NCBI GenBank assembly: GCA_040954595.2
Contig: JBECUI020000033.1
Location: 1-64,000 of the forward strand
Length of the DNA: 64,000 bases
Reading direction: 5' to 3'
Source: Balanoglossus misakiensis
Lineage: Eukaryota; Animalia; Hemichordata
Shown here piece after piece: positions 9,850 through 21,891 of the stretch (positions are counted from its first letter, which is position 1; every line of letters begins with the position of its first letter). The notes below the pieces were generated by a model, which worked only from the letters and a program-made list of their open reading frames with translations, was not told the DNA's origin and did not search any database. A program made the position numbers and the translations under genes.

Positions 9850-12800
9850 ATGAAAGGCACTTCTATGTTGTTTCTTGTGGTTCTGGTTTTTTTCAGTTGC
9901 GGTGATACCACTACCACTACCATGGAGTACGGAGATGTCTCTTACCGGGTTGACGGAAGCCAAGTAATCGTGACTGGTTTCTCAGCATTGGGGAAAACAA
10001 AGAGTTCTATCGTAATCCCCTCTTCGATTATTGATAAACCTGTAACAAAGATTGACGATGAGGCCTTTATGTTTAGTAGCTTTGATGAAGGCAAATCCTT
10101 TATGGGTGTGAGCCTCCCCAATAGCCTGATCAGTATTGGAGTAGCTGCCTTTAAAAATACTGGTTTACTCAGTCTGGATGTTCCCGATAGCGTAAACAGC
10201 ATCGGGGAAGAGGCATTTAATTCGGCTGAATCTCTGGCTAATGTTAGCTTAGGAAGTGGCATAAGATTTATAGGTAATCTGGCTTTTGCGGGTACGGTCC
10301 TTACCGAGTTGACCATTTTGGCCCTCAATGAGCCTAACCTTTCCATCGATCCCGCCAAGGTTTTTCCAACTTCCCTGGAGGGAAGCACCTTGCGCTATCC
10401 CCTTGAGTCAAGAGCTTATGGTTCTTTTCCCTGGAGCGAATTCAATAAGAAAACTCCCATCTTTAAGTCTAGTTTTGTAGAAAACATATGGCCGGGAGAT
10501 GCCAGCGTTACCCTGTACTTCAAGGGCATCATAGGAGTTACTTATACAGTTTCTGCCCATACCACAGAGAATTTTTCCGATCCTGGGATAACAATGGATT
10601 CCCCTTTAGCCACAGAAGATTCCTTTGATCTGAAGATTGATGGTCTGAACAACGATACCCCGTATTACTTCCGGTCCTCGGGAAGAATTTCCAAGGACAT
10701 TCCAGCAACTGGTTTACAGTCTCCAACAACCCCTACACCCCAACTCTCATACCCAGTCTCACCATTGACAATATCCTACCCGGTATTGAGAGCCTTAGGG
10801 TTGCCTTCACAGCTATTCCCGACATTGAAGTTACTCTCTGGGGCCATACACGGTCAGATTTTTCTGACCCGGGAATATCGACGGATCCTGTTCTAACCAA
10901 CGGGGAAGCCCAGAATATAAAACTGACTGGTTTGAACAATGGAACTCCTTACTATATTCGGGTTCGAGGGGAAACTTCTTCTGGAGCTTTTACCTGGGTT
11001 GAACCGTTGGACAATCCATACACCCCCGTTGCTGGTTTCTCCATCAGCTTGGAAGAAATCAAAACCAGTTTGGAGACCATTACGGTTACTTTCTTCAGTA
11101 CAGTCGGCTTTGAGGTTACCTTCTGGGCCCATACTCAACCAGATTTTTCTGATCCGGGAATATCCATCGATTCGTTTATTACTACGGAAGGTCTCCAGGA
11201 AAAAAGCTTTGAGGGTCTGGAAGAAAATACGGATTATTATATCCGGGGTCTCGGAAAAGATCCCCAGGGAATCTTTGATGAGGTTTGGTTTGCACCCGAG
11301 AATAATCCATATTCTCGTAACTCGGATCCCACGGTTTCCACACTTACTGTCCAGCCCGGTGTCAAAGAGTTCAGAATTAGCGTTAATGCACGGCTCGACA
11401 CGGAGATTCGCATCGGAATTCATACTCAACCGGATTACTCTGATCCAGGAATCCTGGTTGATCCTTTTAAGGCTTCGGGAGTTCCTGAAGAACTTCTTAT
11501 CAGGGGGCTTGAGGGAAACAATCCCTACTATATTCGAGCGCAAGGAGAAAATCCCCAGGGAGACCGTGTCGTGGTTGAGGCTGCTAGCAATCCCTATACC
11601 CCCTACAGTGCCTATATCGCTACCATCACCGATGTTATACCCCGATCAGGAACTATAATTGTAAGTATCAGAACAGACATCGGGCAGAGGGGACTTTGGA
11701 AGTCTTTGATAATCACAATTATCAGGACTCTCCTTTGCGGACCATCACCTACTCTGGCTCTGAGGATGTGACAATAAGCGGACTGGTCAATGAGAAAACT
11801 TACTATGTACGTCTTCGACCTGATAATGCTGGTGCCGAGTTCCGCTACTCTACCCCTCTTATCCCCACCGTTGCGGGTAAGCAGTACATCCACCGTCTAA
11901 GCGAGCTTGCCAAAATTGGAGTGGATACTGTGAACTATCCCATTAACTGGGCTTTCGAACTGAAAAAGAGCCTTAATTTTGCTGATGCCAACAATGATGG
12001 ATATTTTGATGACCCCTACGACAGCGACAGTGTTACTCTGAATGGAAACTGGACCCCCCTTACTCCTGGAACCTTCGATGCTAACGGAAACTATCTAGAC
12101 AATGGATTCTCCGGCAACTTTTATGTCCCTGAAAATCATGCGTACCGCATTGACGGTATGAAAATAGATATGCCTACTTCCACTTCTCCTGTTGCTTTAT
12201 TTGGGACTTTGGGAGTAGGTGGGAAAATCACCAATCTTGGGCTGGTGGGGTCTATTGTCTTGGGACAGGATTCCACAGGAGCCCTGATTGGATATCTTTA
12301 CAGCGGCACGGTAGAAAATAGCTATGTCGAAAAAGATGGTGACGGCAACGGGGGAGTTACTGGAGCAAGTAATGTGGGAGGCCTGGTCGGGTATATTGGA
12401 GATAGTAGTCAAACTAGTGTAATCAAGACTAGCTATTCCACAGTAGAAGTTACAGGGAGTACGAATGTGGGAGGCCTGATTGGAAAAACTGAGACAGTTG
12501 ACTTAAGCAACAGCTATAGCACAGGTGATGTAGAAGCGACTGGAGCTTATGCAGGCGGTCTAGTTGGAGATAGTGCTGGTGGTAGCGAGAGTTTCATTTC
12601 GGGGAGCTATGCCACAGGCAAGGTTCAGGCGGGAGGGGATTATGCTGGTGGTCTTCTTGGACATTCTAAAATTGCCCAATACAACAACTATGCCAATGGT
12701 CTTGTCTCAGGTCAGAACTATGTTGGTGGCTTGATAGGACGTTATGCAAGTGAACCATCGACAACTGCTAAAATAAGTCATAGCTATGCTACAGGTGAAG

Positions 12801-13381
12801 TAGTAGCGACAGGTAATTATGTTGGCGGCCTCATCGGTCATAGCGTCGGTAGAGAGGTAAGAGACAGCTATGCTGTCGGGAACGTTACAGGACAAGACTA
12901 TGTAGGTGGTCTAATCGGTAAGTCGGAAAGTCCTCAACAGTGGACCTACGCTGTCGGAGACGTTACAGGGCAAGATTATGTGGGTGGTTTAACCGGATTG
13001 TATATGGGCGGAACCAGTGGACAGCTCAACAACAATCTTGCCATTGGAAATGTTAAGGGAAGGAATAGTGTGGGTGGAGTGACCGGAAGTCTGGACGGGA
13101 CTAGCAGGGAGTCCAACAACCATTATTACAAAGGCCAGAACCTCACCAATCCGGGAGGATATCCCCATGAGATTCCAACTGTGCTTGGTAGAGAGGTCAG
13201 CAGGGAGCAGCTTATAACTCCAACCTGGTACACCAACAATCTAACCTTGTCCAATACCAACTGGCATATTTCCGACCTGGTAGAGGGCCCTGACAGCTAT
13301 TACCCTCACTTATACCAGTCTGGAATTGCAAATGGAGTACTAATAGAGATACCGAACCAGCCCAACGTTCCCATTTCTTGA
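9850..13381 (+). CDS. Surface lipoprotein paralog 1: BspA-type LRR + ~5 FN3-like repeats + GLUG-motif repeat domain (several frameshifts ~10680-10850, ~11695)
   Basis: Lipobox VFFSC; LPNSLISIGVAAF LRRs; AHTQPDFSDPGI...GL...T.YYIR..G....NPYTP repeats; many VGGLIG/SYATG repeats; colinear with 21892-26212. Confidence 0.8.
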
Positions 13382-13811
13382 AGCTTTTTCTACCCCTTGT
13401 GTCCAGGTTTCTATCGTACTGGGAAATCTGGATATTGTAGGAAAGCGGTTCTCATCTTCCATCTGTAACTCAGTCAATACTGACAGCCAGGTCTTTTGTC
13501 AAAGCCAAGAAGCCTGAGTAGTCCTTTAATAACTTCATCACTTCTTTTCCAGTTCATCTTGGATGCTCCCAGGCTTTGCGATGTCCTACGGCATGGATCT
13601 TCCTTGTCATTTGCAGCTTCGAGCCCTTGTTGTATGTGCTCAATCATGGCAACCCCCCTGACCTCATGCTCGGATCGTTAACATTTTCCTCTGGAGGAGA
13701 GATGGACTTTCATAGATAATCTCGGGATCTTCCAGATTTTAAAATAAATGTCTTAAGCCTGTACTTTCCTTCTATGGAGGGTAAGAGACTGGTCTGTCGC
13801 AATTATGGAGG

Positions 13812-15013
13812 TTAATCTTTAAATCTTTTGGGTATAGTTTGGAGCTCATCTTCTATTTCACAAAAGATGCTGACTAACTGCGGATCAAAGTACTTGCTGC
13901 TTTTACTTCTTATATACTGAATCGCTGCCCTTTGGGTCCAGGGTTCTTTGTAACTTCGGGCAGACATAAGGGCATCGTATACGTCACAGATGGTCACAAT
14001 TCGGGCTGAGAGGGGAATGTCCTTTCCTTTCTTGCCAGGACCAAACTTGGTGGGGATTTCTTTTAAGTTCTCTATATAACCAGGATAGCCGCTTCCATCC
14101 CAATGTTCATGATGATTGAGAACGACCTCTTGGGTAATTCTGTCCCACAAAGAATAGGTATTGGGAAAAAGCTGAGCACCATAAATGGTATGGCAGCCCA
14201 TGAGTAACTTTTCTTCTTTGTTTAAATAGCCAGGTTTAGACAGCAGGTTATCGGCAATTCCAAGTTTTCCCACATCGTGGAGAATGGCTGCTGTTCCAAG
14301 GGCCCTCTTCTTCATGTTACGTTCTGCTAGAGAACATCCTTGGTCCTTGGCGTATCTGTTATAAAGTGCCATGGCATATTCACCAACTCGTTTGGAGTGG
14401 TTTACAGTTTCGGAGGGATCCCGAAGTTCAAGAATGCTAATCGTGCGGTGGATCATTTCTTGCATTATCGTAGCTTTTTCCAGGGCAAAGACAATGTTGT
14501 TCGATAGAAAGATTGTTTGTAAGCGGTCTTGGTTTGAGAAAGGAACTATCTTGCCTTCGCGCTGGGCATTAATGATCTGTAAAACACCCAAGACCTTGTT
14601 TTGGGCCGTTTGCAGGGGGACAACCAGCAGACTTTTTGTCCGGTAGTTGGTAGCTTGGTCAAATTCCCGGTTGAAGTGAAAATCTTTTTGCTTCGGAAGT
14701 TTGTAAACATCATCAATCATAAGGGTCTGTCCCGTCACAGCAGAGAAACCAGCCATGCTCATTTTGTTCAAGGGGATGCTACGTTCGGTATAGGGAAGCA
14801 TTTTTAAGCCTTTACCGTCGGGGAATAAAGTCTGATTCTCAATGTATTTGAAGTAGAGTCGGTTTCGTCGCGGATGTAGAGAGTCCCAGCATCTGCATTC
14901 AACAAGGTTCGGACTTCGTGGAGGAGCCTTTTCAATAAGATTTCGTAATCGTATATCCTTTGAAGCTTTTGAATTATCAAAAGCAGTTTATAACTGTTTT
15001 GATGAGAAATCAT
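13812..15013 (-). CDS. GAF + HD-GYP c-di-GMP phosphodiesterase (frameshifted ~14800-14860)
   Basis: LNADAGTLY GAF start in ORF 14804-15028; FD..TNYRTKSLL; HSKRV, LHDVGK, HHEHWDGSGYP, CDVYDAL intact. Confidence 0.85.
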
Positions 15014-15110
15014 GAATATTTTTACCACCTAAAAGGGAATATGGGAACTCTTCAAGTGAAAAATTTTCTCTTAAAGAATAAAGTTCTCAACAAAAAGGTT
15101 TCTTCCCCTC

Positions 15111-15139
15111 TTGACTCGTAGGACCTTTCCGCTTAGACT
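15111..15139 (+). promoter_or_regulatory. Sigma70 promoter for the cimA-leuA-leuB leader
   Basis: TTGACT-N17-TAGACT. Confidence 0.6.
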
Positions 15140-15172
15140 CTTGCAGAGCATGAGAGCCAAAAGGAGAGACTC

Positions 15173-15235
15173 ATGACCTTTAGTACCCTCCTACCTAGAA
15201 ACATTGAGCTGTTTTTTAGCCTATCTATTTATTGA
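15173..15235 (+). CDS. Candidate leader peptide MTFSTLLPRNIELFFSLSIY
   Basis: AAGGAG RBS right after the promoter; 4 Leu, 2 Ile, 2 Thr; upstream of branched-chain amino acid genes. Confidence 0.45.
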   Translation: MTFSTLLPRNIELFFSLSIY

Positions 15236-15396
15236 CATAGAAAAGGCAATCATCACAGCAGAAGCAGGATAGCTTTAAAATCTTTTCCTTGCAAATTATA
15301 TTACCGTTGATGATCAACCTTTTCAAGTCTGATAGGGAAGTTTGGATTAGGTCTGTTGTTTTTGCATAAGAATCAAAGGATGTAATGGAAGGAACA

Positions 15397-17009
15397 ATGA
15401 ATAACAAAAAGAAAATTTTTCTTTATGATACCACCTTGAGGGATGGAGCTCAAACTCGGGGAGTTCACTTCTCGGTGGAAGATAAAATTAAGCTGGCCCG
15501 GCTCTTTGACGAATGGGCTTTGCCTACATAGAAGGAGGCTGGCCTGGTTCCAATCCCAAGGATGGCCGGTTCTTTGAAGAGATGAAGAAATCTCCTTTGT
15601 CTCAGGCCAAGCTCTGTGCTTTTTCTTCCACATGTCTCAAACTTGCCAAACCACACAAAGATAAGATCCTTGCCGATCTTATACAGGCGGAGACGCCAGT
15701 CTATACCATTTTGGAAAGAGTTGGGCCCTTCATGTGGAGGAGGGGCTAAAGACAACCAAAATGAAAAACATTGATATGATTTTTTCTACCTTGACGTATC
15801 TGAAGCCCCAGTGTGAAGAGATTATTTATGACGCCGAGCATTTTTTTTGACGGTTTCAAAGAAGATCCTGAGTATGCCCTGGAAACCATTCAGGCAGCGG
15901 CTGAGGCAGGGGCTGACTGGATAGTCCTCTGCGATACTAACGGGGGAAACCTGCCCGAAGAGATAACAACCGCTTTCCTAGCGGCCTCGGCGGCAGTGAA
16001 AACTCCTCTGGGTATTCATACCCATGACGACGGTGGTTTTGCCCTGGCCAATACGCTCATGGCCGTCCGGCAGGGTGCCCGGATGGTCCAGGGGACGATC
16101 AATGGCTTGGGAGAGCGCTGCGGTAATGTTAATTTGTGCAGTGTCATCCCCACCTTGAGCGTGAAACTGGATTACTCTACCATCCCTGAAGAAAAGATTT
16201 CCGAAATTACTCACATGAGCCATCTGGTTTCGGAGTTTTCTAATCAGACACACCAAGACCATTTCCCCTATGTCGGAGAGAGAGCCTTCACTCATAAGGG
16301 GGGAATCCATGTTTCCGCTGTTGGAAAGAACCCAAGGATGTATGAGCACATATCTCCCGAAAGGGTGGGAAATAAACGCTCCATTGCCGTTAGTGACCAG
16401 GCAGGCAAGAGCAACATACTTCAGAGGGCCAAGGCGATGGGAGTTACAATGGAAGACTCCCACGCTAGAACCATAGTGGCAAAGGTAAAGGAGCTAGAGG
16501 CCGAAGGATACCATTTTGAAGGTGCTGAGGCTTCTTTTGAACTTCTCTCCGATGAACTGATGGGAAAGAGCAAAGTCTATTTCACCGTCCATGGATTCCG
16601 GGTTCATATTTGGGAAAATGACGGGGGGGACATCCTTTCGGAAGCCACCATCAAGGTTTCTGTTCCCCATGACGTGCAGAAAACCGGTAATCATGCCTCT
16701 TCCCAGCAGCATGTGGTTAGCGAAGGGAAAGGTCCTGTAGAGGCTATTGATCTAGCTCTGAGGAAGGCTTTAGTAAATTTTTACCCTCAGTTGACCTCAG
16801 TCCGTCTGACAGATTACAAGGTGCGTATTCTCAATGAAGAAGAAGGCACCACGGCACTTACCAGGGTGCTTATCAGCAGTACTGACGGAGAACTACACTG
16901 GGGTACTGTGGGAGTATCGGAAAACATTATCGAGGCCTCTTGGCGGGCCTTAGTGGAATCACTTACCTATAAGTTAAAAAAAGATGCGGAGAAAAGAGAT
17001 GACACGTAA
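15397..17009 (+). CDS. cimA: Citramalate synthase, LeuA-like family (frameshifted ~15510, ~15710-15760, ~15845)
   Basis: [75 protein letters not shown]. Confidence 0.85.
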
Positions 17010-18549
17010 CATTACCATTTTTGATACCACCCTTCGGGATGGTGAGCAATCTCCTGGAGCTTCTATGACGATGGAACAAAAAATTGAGATCGCCGAGGCT
17101 CTCGATCGTTTGGGGGTAGATCGCATTGAGGCAGGTTTCCCTGTTTCGTCACCGGTGCAGTTTGAAGCTATTAAGCGAATAGGCACGGTAGTAAAAAAGA
17201 AAAAAAAGCTGTTGTGGTGGGCCTGGCCCGGTGCAAAAAACTTGATATCGATGCCGTGCGGGATTCTCTGTCGAACTGTCCCAACAAAATGATTCATCTT
17301 TTTATTGCTACCAGCCCTCTTCATATGATGTACAAACTTCGCATGAGCGAAGAAGAAATTCTGGCCTCCATTACCGAGCATATTAGCTATGCCCGGTCTC
17401 AGGGTTTGAACTAATAGAATTTTCTCCAGAAGATGCCTCCCGCTCCGATTGGGATTTTATGCTTCGAGCCCTGCAAACAGCCGTGGCTGCTGGAGCCAAT
17501 ACTTTAAACATTCCCGATACCGTAGGCTATGCCATGCCTGAGGAATATGGAGAGAGGATGCGAAAATCAGAGAATCTATACCCCAAATAGGCCGGGGTGT
17601 GATGCTCTCAACCCACTGTCACAACGATCTTGGCCTGGCCCTGGCCAATTCTCTTGCTGCCGTCAAGGCGGGAGCTGAACAGGTAGAAGTAACGCTCAAT
17701 GGCATTGGAGAAAGGGCAGGCAACACCGCTTTGGAAGAATTAGTTATGGCCTTGGAAGTGCGCCGAGACCTCTGGGATGTCCGGACCAAGATCAACACGA
17801 AGTATCTGTATCCCACCAGCAAACTCTTGCAGAATCTCACTGGTCTGATAATTCCCAGAAACAAGCCGATTTTTGGGGACAATGTATTCAGCCATGAATC
17901 TGGAATACATCAACATGGTATGATCAAGCACCGGGAAACTTATGAGATAATGGATCCGGCAACGATAGGTCGCAGTCGCGAAACCCTGGTCATGGGGCGC
18001 CATTCAGGGAAACATGCCCTTAAACAGAAGCTCAAGCAGTACAACATTGTTCTTCATGGCAATCAGATAGATGAACTCTATAAAAAATTTATTGACATTG
18101 CTGAAAAAAAGAAAGAGGTTTATGATGAAGATCTTTTCACCCTGGTTTCTGGAGTACTTGGGGAGATACCTACAGGCTGGAGTCTGAATTCCTTCCAGAC
18201 CTGGACGGGAAATAAGGTTGTTCCCTCAGCCACGGTGCAAATGTCTAAACAAGGGAAAGAGCTCTGTCTGGGATCCCAAACGGGAGATGGTCCTGTCGAT
18301 GCTGTTTTTAAGGCCATTGACGTCTGTACAGGACTCTCGGGAATTTTGGAAGAATATGTCATTCAGGCTGTGGGGGCTGGTAAAGATGCTCAAGGCCAGG
18401 TAAAACTTCGGGTGAATTTTGAGGGGATTTCCGTGGATGGTAAGGCCTCTTCCACTGATATTATTGAAGCCTCAGCCCTGGCCTATATCAATGCTGTTAA
18501 CCGTAAGGAACTTATGGACAACATGGAAATGGAAAAATTTGATTCTTGA
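16999..18549 (+). CDS. leuA: 2-isopropylmalate synthase (frameshifted ~17205, ~17405, ~17565)
   Basis: [54 protein letters not shown], regulatory domain G.GPVDA. Confidence 0.9.
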
Positions 18550-18590
18550 AATAGAGACGGAATTACATTGTAGAAAAAGGAAGAATAATT

Positions 18591-19673
18591 TTGGCAAAAA
18601 CCTATAAAATCGCTGTAATGCCTGGAGATGGAACGGGTGCCGAAGTGGTGGCCGAGGGGAAGAAGGTTCTAATTACTGTCGCTGAGAAGTTTGGATTTTC
18701 CCTGGAGATGGTCGACTTTGACTTGGGGGGGGACCGTTTTCTGGCTACCGGAGAGATTCTCCCCGATACCGTAATGAAGGAGATTAAAAGCTGTGATTCT
18801 ATTTTTCTTGGTGCCATTGGCCATCCAGATGTAAGGCCTGGTATCCTTGAAAAGGGAATTCTTCTCCGCCTGCGTTTTGAACTGGATCAGTATATTAACC
18901 TGCGTCCTGTAAAGCTCTATCCTGGTGTGGATTCCCCTTTAAAAGACAAGGGGCCTGAGCACATTGACTATGTGGTTGTCAGGGAAAATACTGGAGGAAT
19001 CTACACTGGTACCGGGGGAATCTCTATGAAAGGAACACCCCAAGAAGTTGCCGTACAAAGCATGGTTTACAACCGTTTCCAGGTAGAACGCTGTCTCCGA
19101 TATGCCTATGAATATGCTCAGAGTCACGGTCGAAAGGCCCGGGGAAAAGGGGAGGCCAATACTCTGGGATTGGTGGGAAAAACCAACGTTCTTACCTATG
19201 TCTTTGACCTTTGGGAACGAGCTTTCCACGAAATTGGCAGGAGCAATTATAGCGATGTGGTACGAGAGTATTATCATGTCGATGCTGCGTGTATGTGGAT
19301 GGTCAAAAGCCCTGAATGGTTTGATGTCTTGGTAACAAGCAATATGTTTGGAGACATTATTACCGATCTTGGAGCCATTACCCAGGGCGGCATGGGTATT
19401 GCCGCCGGGGGTAATATCAATCCTGATGGAATCTCTATGTTTGAACCCATAGGAGGTTCTGCCCCTAAATATACTGGCAGAGGAATTATCAATCCCCTGG
19501 CTTCCATAATAGCGGGGGCCATGATGCTGGATGTTCTTGGTGAATCTGAGGCTTCCATGGCTGTGGAAAATGCCGTTATGAAAGTAACGGGAACCAAGCT
19601 TAAGAGTTTGACGGCCGGTAACATGGGCTACTCCACAAGTGAAGTGGGAGATTTAGTAGCGGAACAGATCTAG
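18591..19673 (+). CDS. leuB: 3-isopropylmalate dehydrogenase
   Basis: PGDGTGAEV, LLRLRFELDQYINLRP, RENTGG.Y, NMFGDIITD, EPIGGSAP; follows leuA. Confidence 0.9.
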   Translation: MAKTYKIAVMPGDGTGAEVVAEGKKVLITVAEKFGFSLEMVDFDLGGDRFLATGEILPDTVMKEIKSCDSIFLGAIGHPDVRPGILEKGILLRLRFELDQYINLRPVKLYPGVDSPLKDKGPEHIDYVVVRENTGGIYTGTGGISMKGTPQEVAVQSMVYNRFQVERCLRYAYEYAQSHGRKARGKGEANTLGLVGKTNVLTYVFDLWERAFHEIGRSNYSDVVREYYHVDAACMWMVKSPEWFDVLVTSNMFGDIITDLGAITQGGMGIAAGGNINPDGISMFEPIGGSAPKYTGRGIINPLASIIAGAMMLDVLGESEASMAVENAVMKVTGTKLKSLTAGNMGYSTSEVGDLVAEQI

Positions 19674-19705
19674 TCGGAGGGACTTACCTAGCCGTTTCTC
19701 CTGAC

Positions 19706-19734
19706 TTGACGTATTGGGAAGATTCTGAAAGAAT
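19706..19734 (+). promoter_or_regulatory. Probable promoter of rplM-rpsI
   Basis: TTGACG-N17-AAGAAT with TG extension. Confidence 0.45.
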
Positions 19735-19783
19735 GGGACTTTCTCTAAGACCTTTGGAGGAAAAGTCAGCATTTTGAGGCCAT

Positions 19784-20212
19784 ATGAAGACAATTTATAT
19801 AAAACCCCATCCCGACAAACGTCGATGGTATATTATCGATGCTCGGGATAAGGTCCTTGGCCGCATAGCGGTCAAGGCTGCTGTACTGGTTCGGGGGAAG
19901 CACAAACCCTCTTTTGTTCCCCATCAGGAAATAGGCGATTACGTGATTATTGTGAACGCAGATAAAGTTGTCCTCAGCGGCAACAAGGTGGATAGCAAAC
20001 TCTATTACCGCCATTCAGGCTATCTTGGGAGCCTTAAGGTCGAGAGTTACCGGAAACTAGTGGCCAGAAAGCCTACCGTTCCTCTGGAGAAGGCCATTAG
20101 GGGTATGCTTCCCCGGGGTGCTCTGGGGAACAAACTCTACAGAAATGTAAAGGTTTATGCTGGCCAGTCACATCCCCATGCAGCGCAGCAACCTGAAATT
20201 ATGGATATTTAG
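19784..20212 (+). CDS. rplM: 50S ribosomal protein L13
   Basis: WYIIDA...LGR, RGKHKP, GDYVIIVNA, YYRHSGY, GMLP, HPHAAQQP. Confidence 0.97.
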   Translation: MKTIYIKPHPDKRRWYIIDARDKVLGRIAVKAAVLVRGKHKPSFVPHQEIGDYVIIVNADKVVLSGNKVDSKLYYRHSGYLGSLKVESYRKLVARKPTVPLEKAIRGMLPRGALGNKLYRNVKVYAGQSHPHAAQQPEIMDI

Positions 20213-20227
20213 AGGTATTTCAAGAAC

Positions 20228-20619
20228 ATGATCACCCTACTTGCTCAGGGCACCGGTCGCCGCAAGACATCGGTTGCCCGTGTTTACATTCGGGAAGGCG
20301 AGGCGGGCATAACGATTAACGGCAAGACCTTGGAGAAGTATTTCTACCTGGGTTCTCTGCGGAATCAGGTTATGCAACCTTTAGAGGCGGTTTCAAGTGC
20401 CGGAAAGTATAACATTCATGTGAATGTTGGGGGTGGGGCACTACCGGTCAGGCCGGTGCCGTGCGCCATGCCCTGGCCCGTGCACTCGTGGAACTGGAAG
20501 AAAGCAACCGTCCGGTCCTCAAAGCTAATGGCTACCTTACCCGGGACTCCCGGATGGTGGAGCGGAAGAAGTATGGCCGCCCCGGTGCCCGGAAAAAGTT
20601 TCAATTTTCTAAGCGTTAG
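20228..20619 (+). CDS. rpsI: 30S ribosomal protein S9 (one G missing in G-run ~20430)
   Basis: [12 protein letters not shown]; after the shift [13 protein letters not shown]...[27 protein letters not shown]. Confidence 0.95.
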
Positions 20620-20918
20620 CATCAAATCCGTAAAGGAAGGAAGGCTTCGGTACCTCCTTTCCAAATTCTGCCTTTTGCGCTTCCCATAGAACTTGTCATG
20701 AGCATTGCAAAAAAGCTCAGGCAGAGCAGCTTTTTTACAATGTATCGGGGAAGGAACCTTATCGATATCTTGAAGCTGTATATCAGATAAGGTTCAGAGA
20801 AGAAGCTCCGGAAACTCACCCCCTTTCTGGGGAGGGAGATTCAGTTTAGCGGTCCAGCCTTGTTGAGAAGGAAAATAGGCAGCAGTAAATTGTTCCCGCT
20901 TGCAGGAGGCGAATAGGA

Positions 20919-21191
20919 ATGATTGCCTTAAAAATTAAAGTAAGGGGCCAAGTGCAGGGAGTGGGATTCCGCTGGTACACCCGCAGGCAGGGCAGGAAAC
21001 TTGAACTAGTTGGTTGGGTGCGTAACGATGCCGATGGTGGGGTTAGCATCTGGGCTGAAGGCTTTGAGTCTAAGCTGAACATCCTGGTAGACAATTTAAG
21101 ACAGGGTCCCCCTGGAGCATGGGTGGAAAGTCTGAAAGTGGAAAAGGTGAATCCCAAGGGGGAATACCGGGATTTTGCCATAGTCTTTTAG
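20919..21191 (+). CDS. acyP: Acylphosphatase
   Basis: GQVQGVGFR, GWVRN, GPP. Confidence 0.93.
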   Translation: MIALKIKVRGQVQGVGFRWYTRRQGRKLELVGWVRNDADGGVSIWAEGFESKLNILVDNLRQGPPGAWVESLKVEKVNPKGEYRDFAIVF

Positions 21192-21253
21192 GAAAGTCTT
21201 TCCAGATAGCTTGATGAAAAGCAGCAAATCTTCAATAATCCCAACATATTGAA

Positions 21254-21327
21254 GGGGGATTAGCTCAGTTGGTCAGAGCGGTTGGTTCGCAATCAACAGG
21301 TCGTCGGTTCGAATCCGATATCCTCCA
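21254..21327 (+). tRNA. tRNA-Ala(CGC), CCA not encoded
   Basis: Acceptor GGGGGAT/ATCCTCC with G3:U70; anticodon arm GTTGG-TTCGCAA-TCAAC; T-loop TTCGAAT; upstream TTGATG-N17-AATAAT. Confidence 0.97.
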
Positions 21328-21891
21328 GTAGTTTCCTCTTGCGTTGCAATGATTCTGGACGTTTTAACAGCTTCCTGGAGTCCCATTTCTACCTGTGGGT
21401 TCTCCATCTCTTCTTTATTATCTATTGAGCAACTTACCCTCAAGAGAATACTTTCCAAATCTGCAGCATCGTTTGAAGAAGCTAACAGAAGTCAATTCCA
21501 CTCAAACTTGAGCATTAAAAGAGGCTATGGTATACATAGAGCTTGCCGCTTCTATGTAAGGAACTGATAATTCTAAGCATATTCATAGTGATAGAGCAAA
21601 ACCCTTCCCAGGCAATCAACAGTCATGGAAATCCTTTAACTTCTCTATACAAACCTCAGCAATACAAAAAAAGTGATTGTCTCGGAATTCCAGGGCTTAT
21701 AACCTGATTTTAGCAGGGGGCTTAAGATCTCCAGCGATTCGCATCAATATTTCCGAGGTTTTGATAGAAGAATTCACCTTCTGAGTCGCTACATACGGTA
21801 GTGTAATTTCAAAAGATGAGATATACTGTAATAGAATTGGGTTCCATGTTTTGCGTATGGCTTTAAAATTTATAATATTTTCAGGAGATTT

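Noticed and set aside
13382-13811. attR copy of the tRNA-Val 3' end (likewise tRNA-Ala at 26213-26537)
   Set aside because: No convincing duplication of either tRNA 3' end and no integrase.
20420-20440. Programmed frameshift or pseudogene in rpsI
   Set aside because: Single missing G in a G-rich run of a core ribosomal protein gene; best explained as sequencing error.
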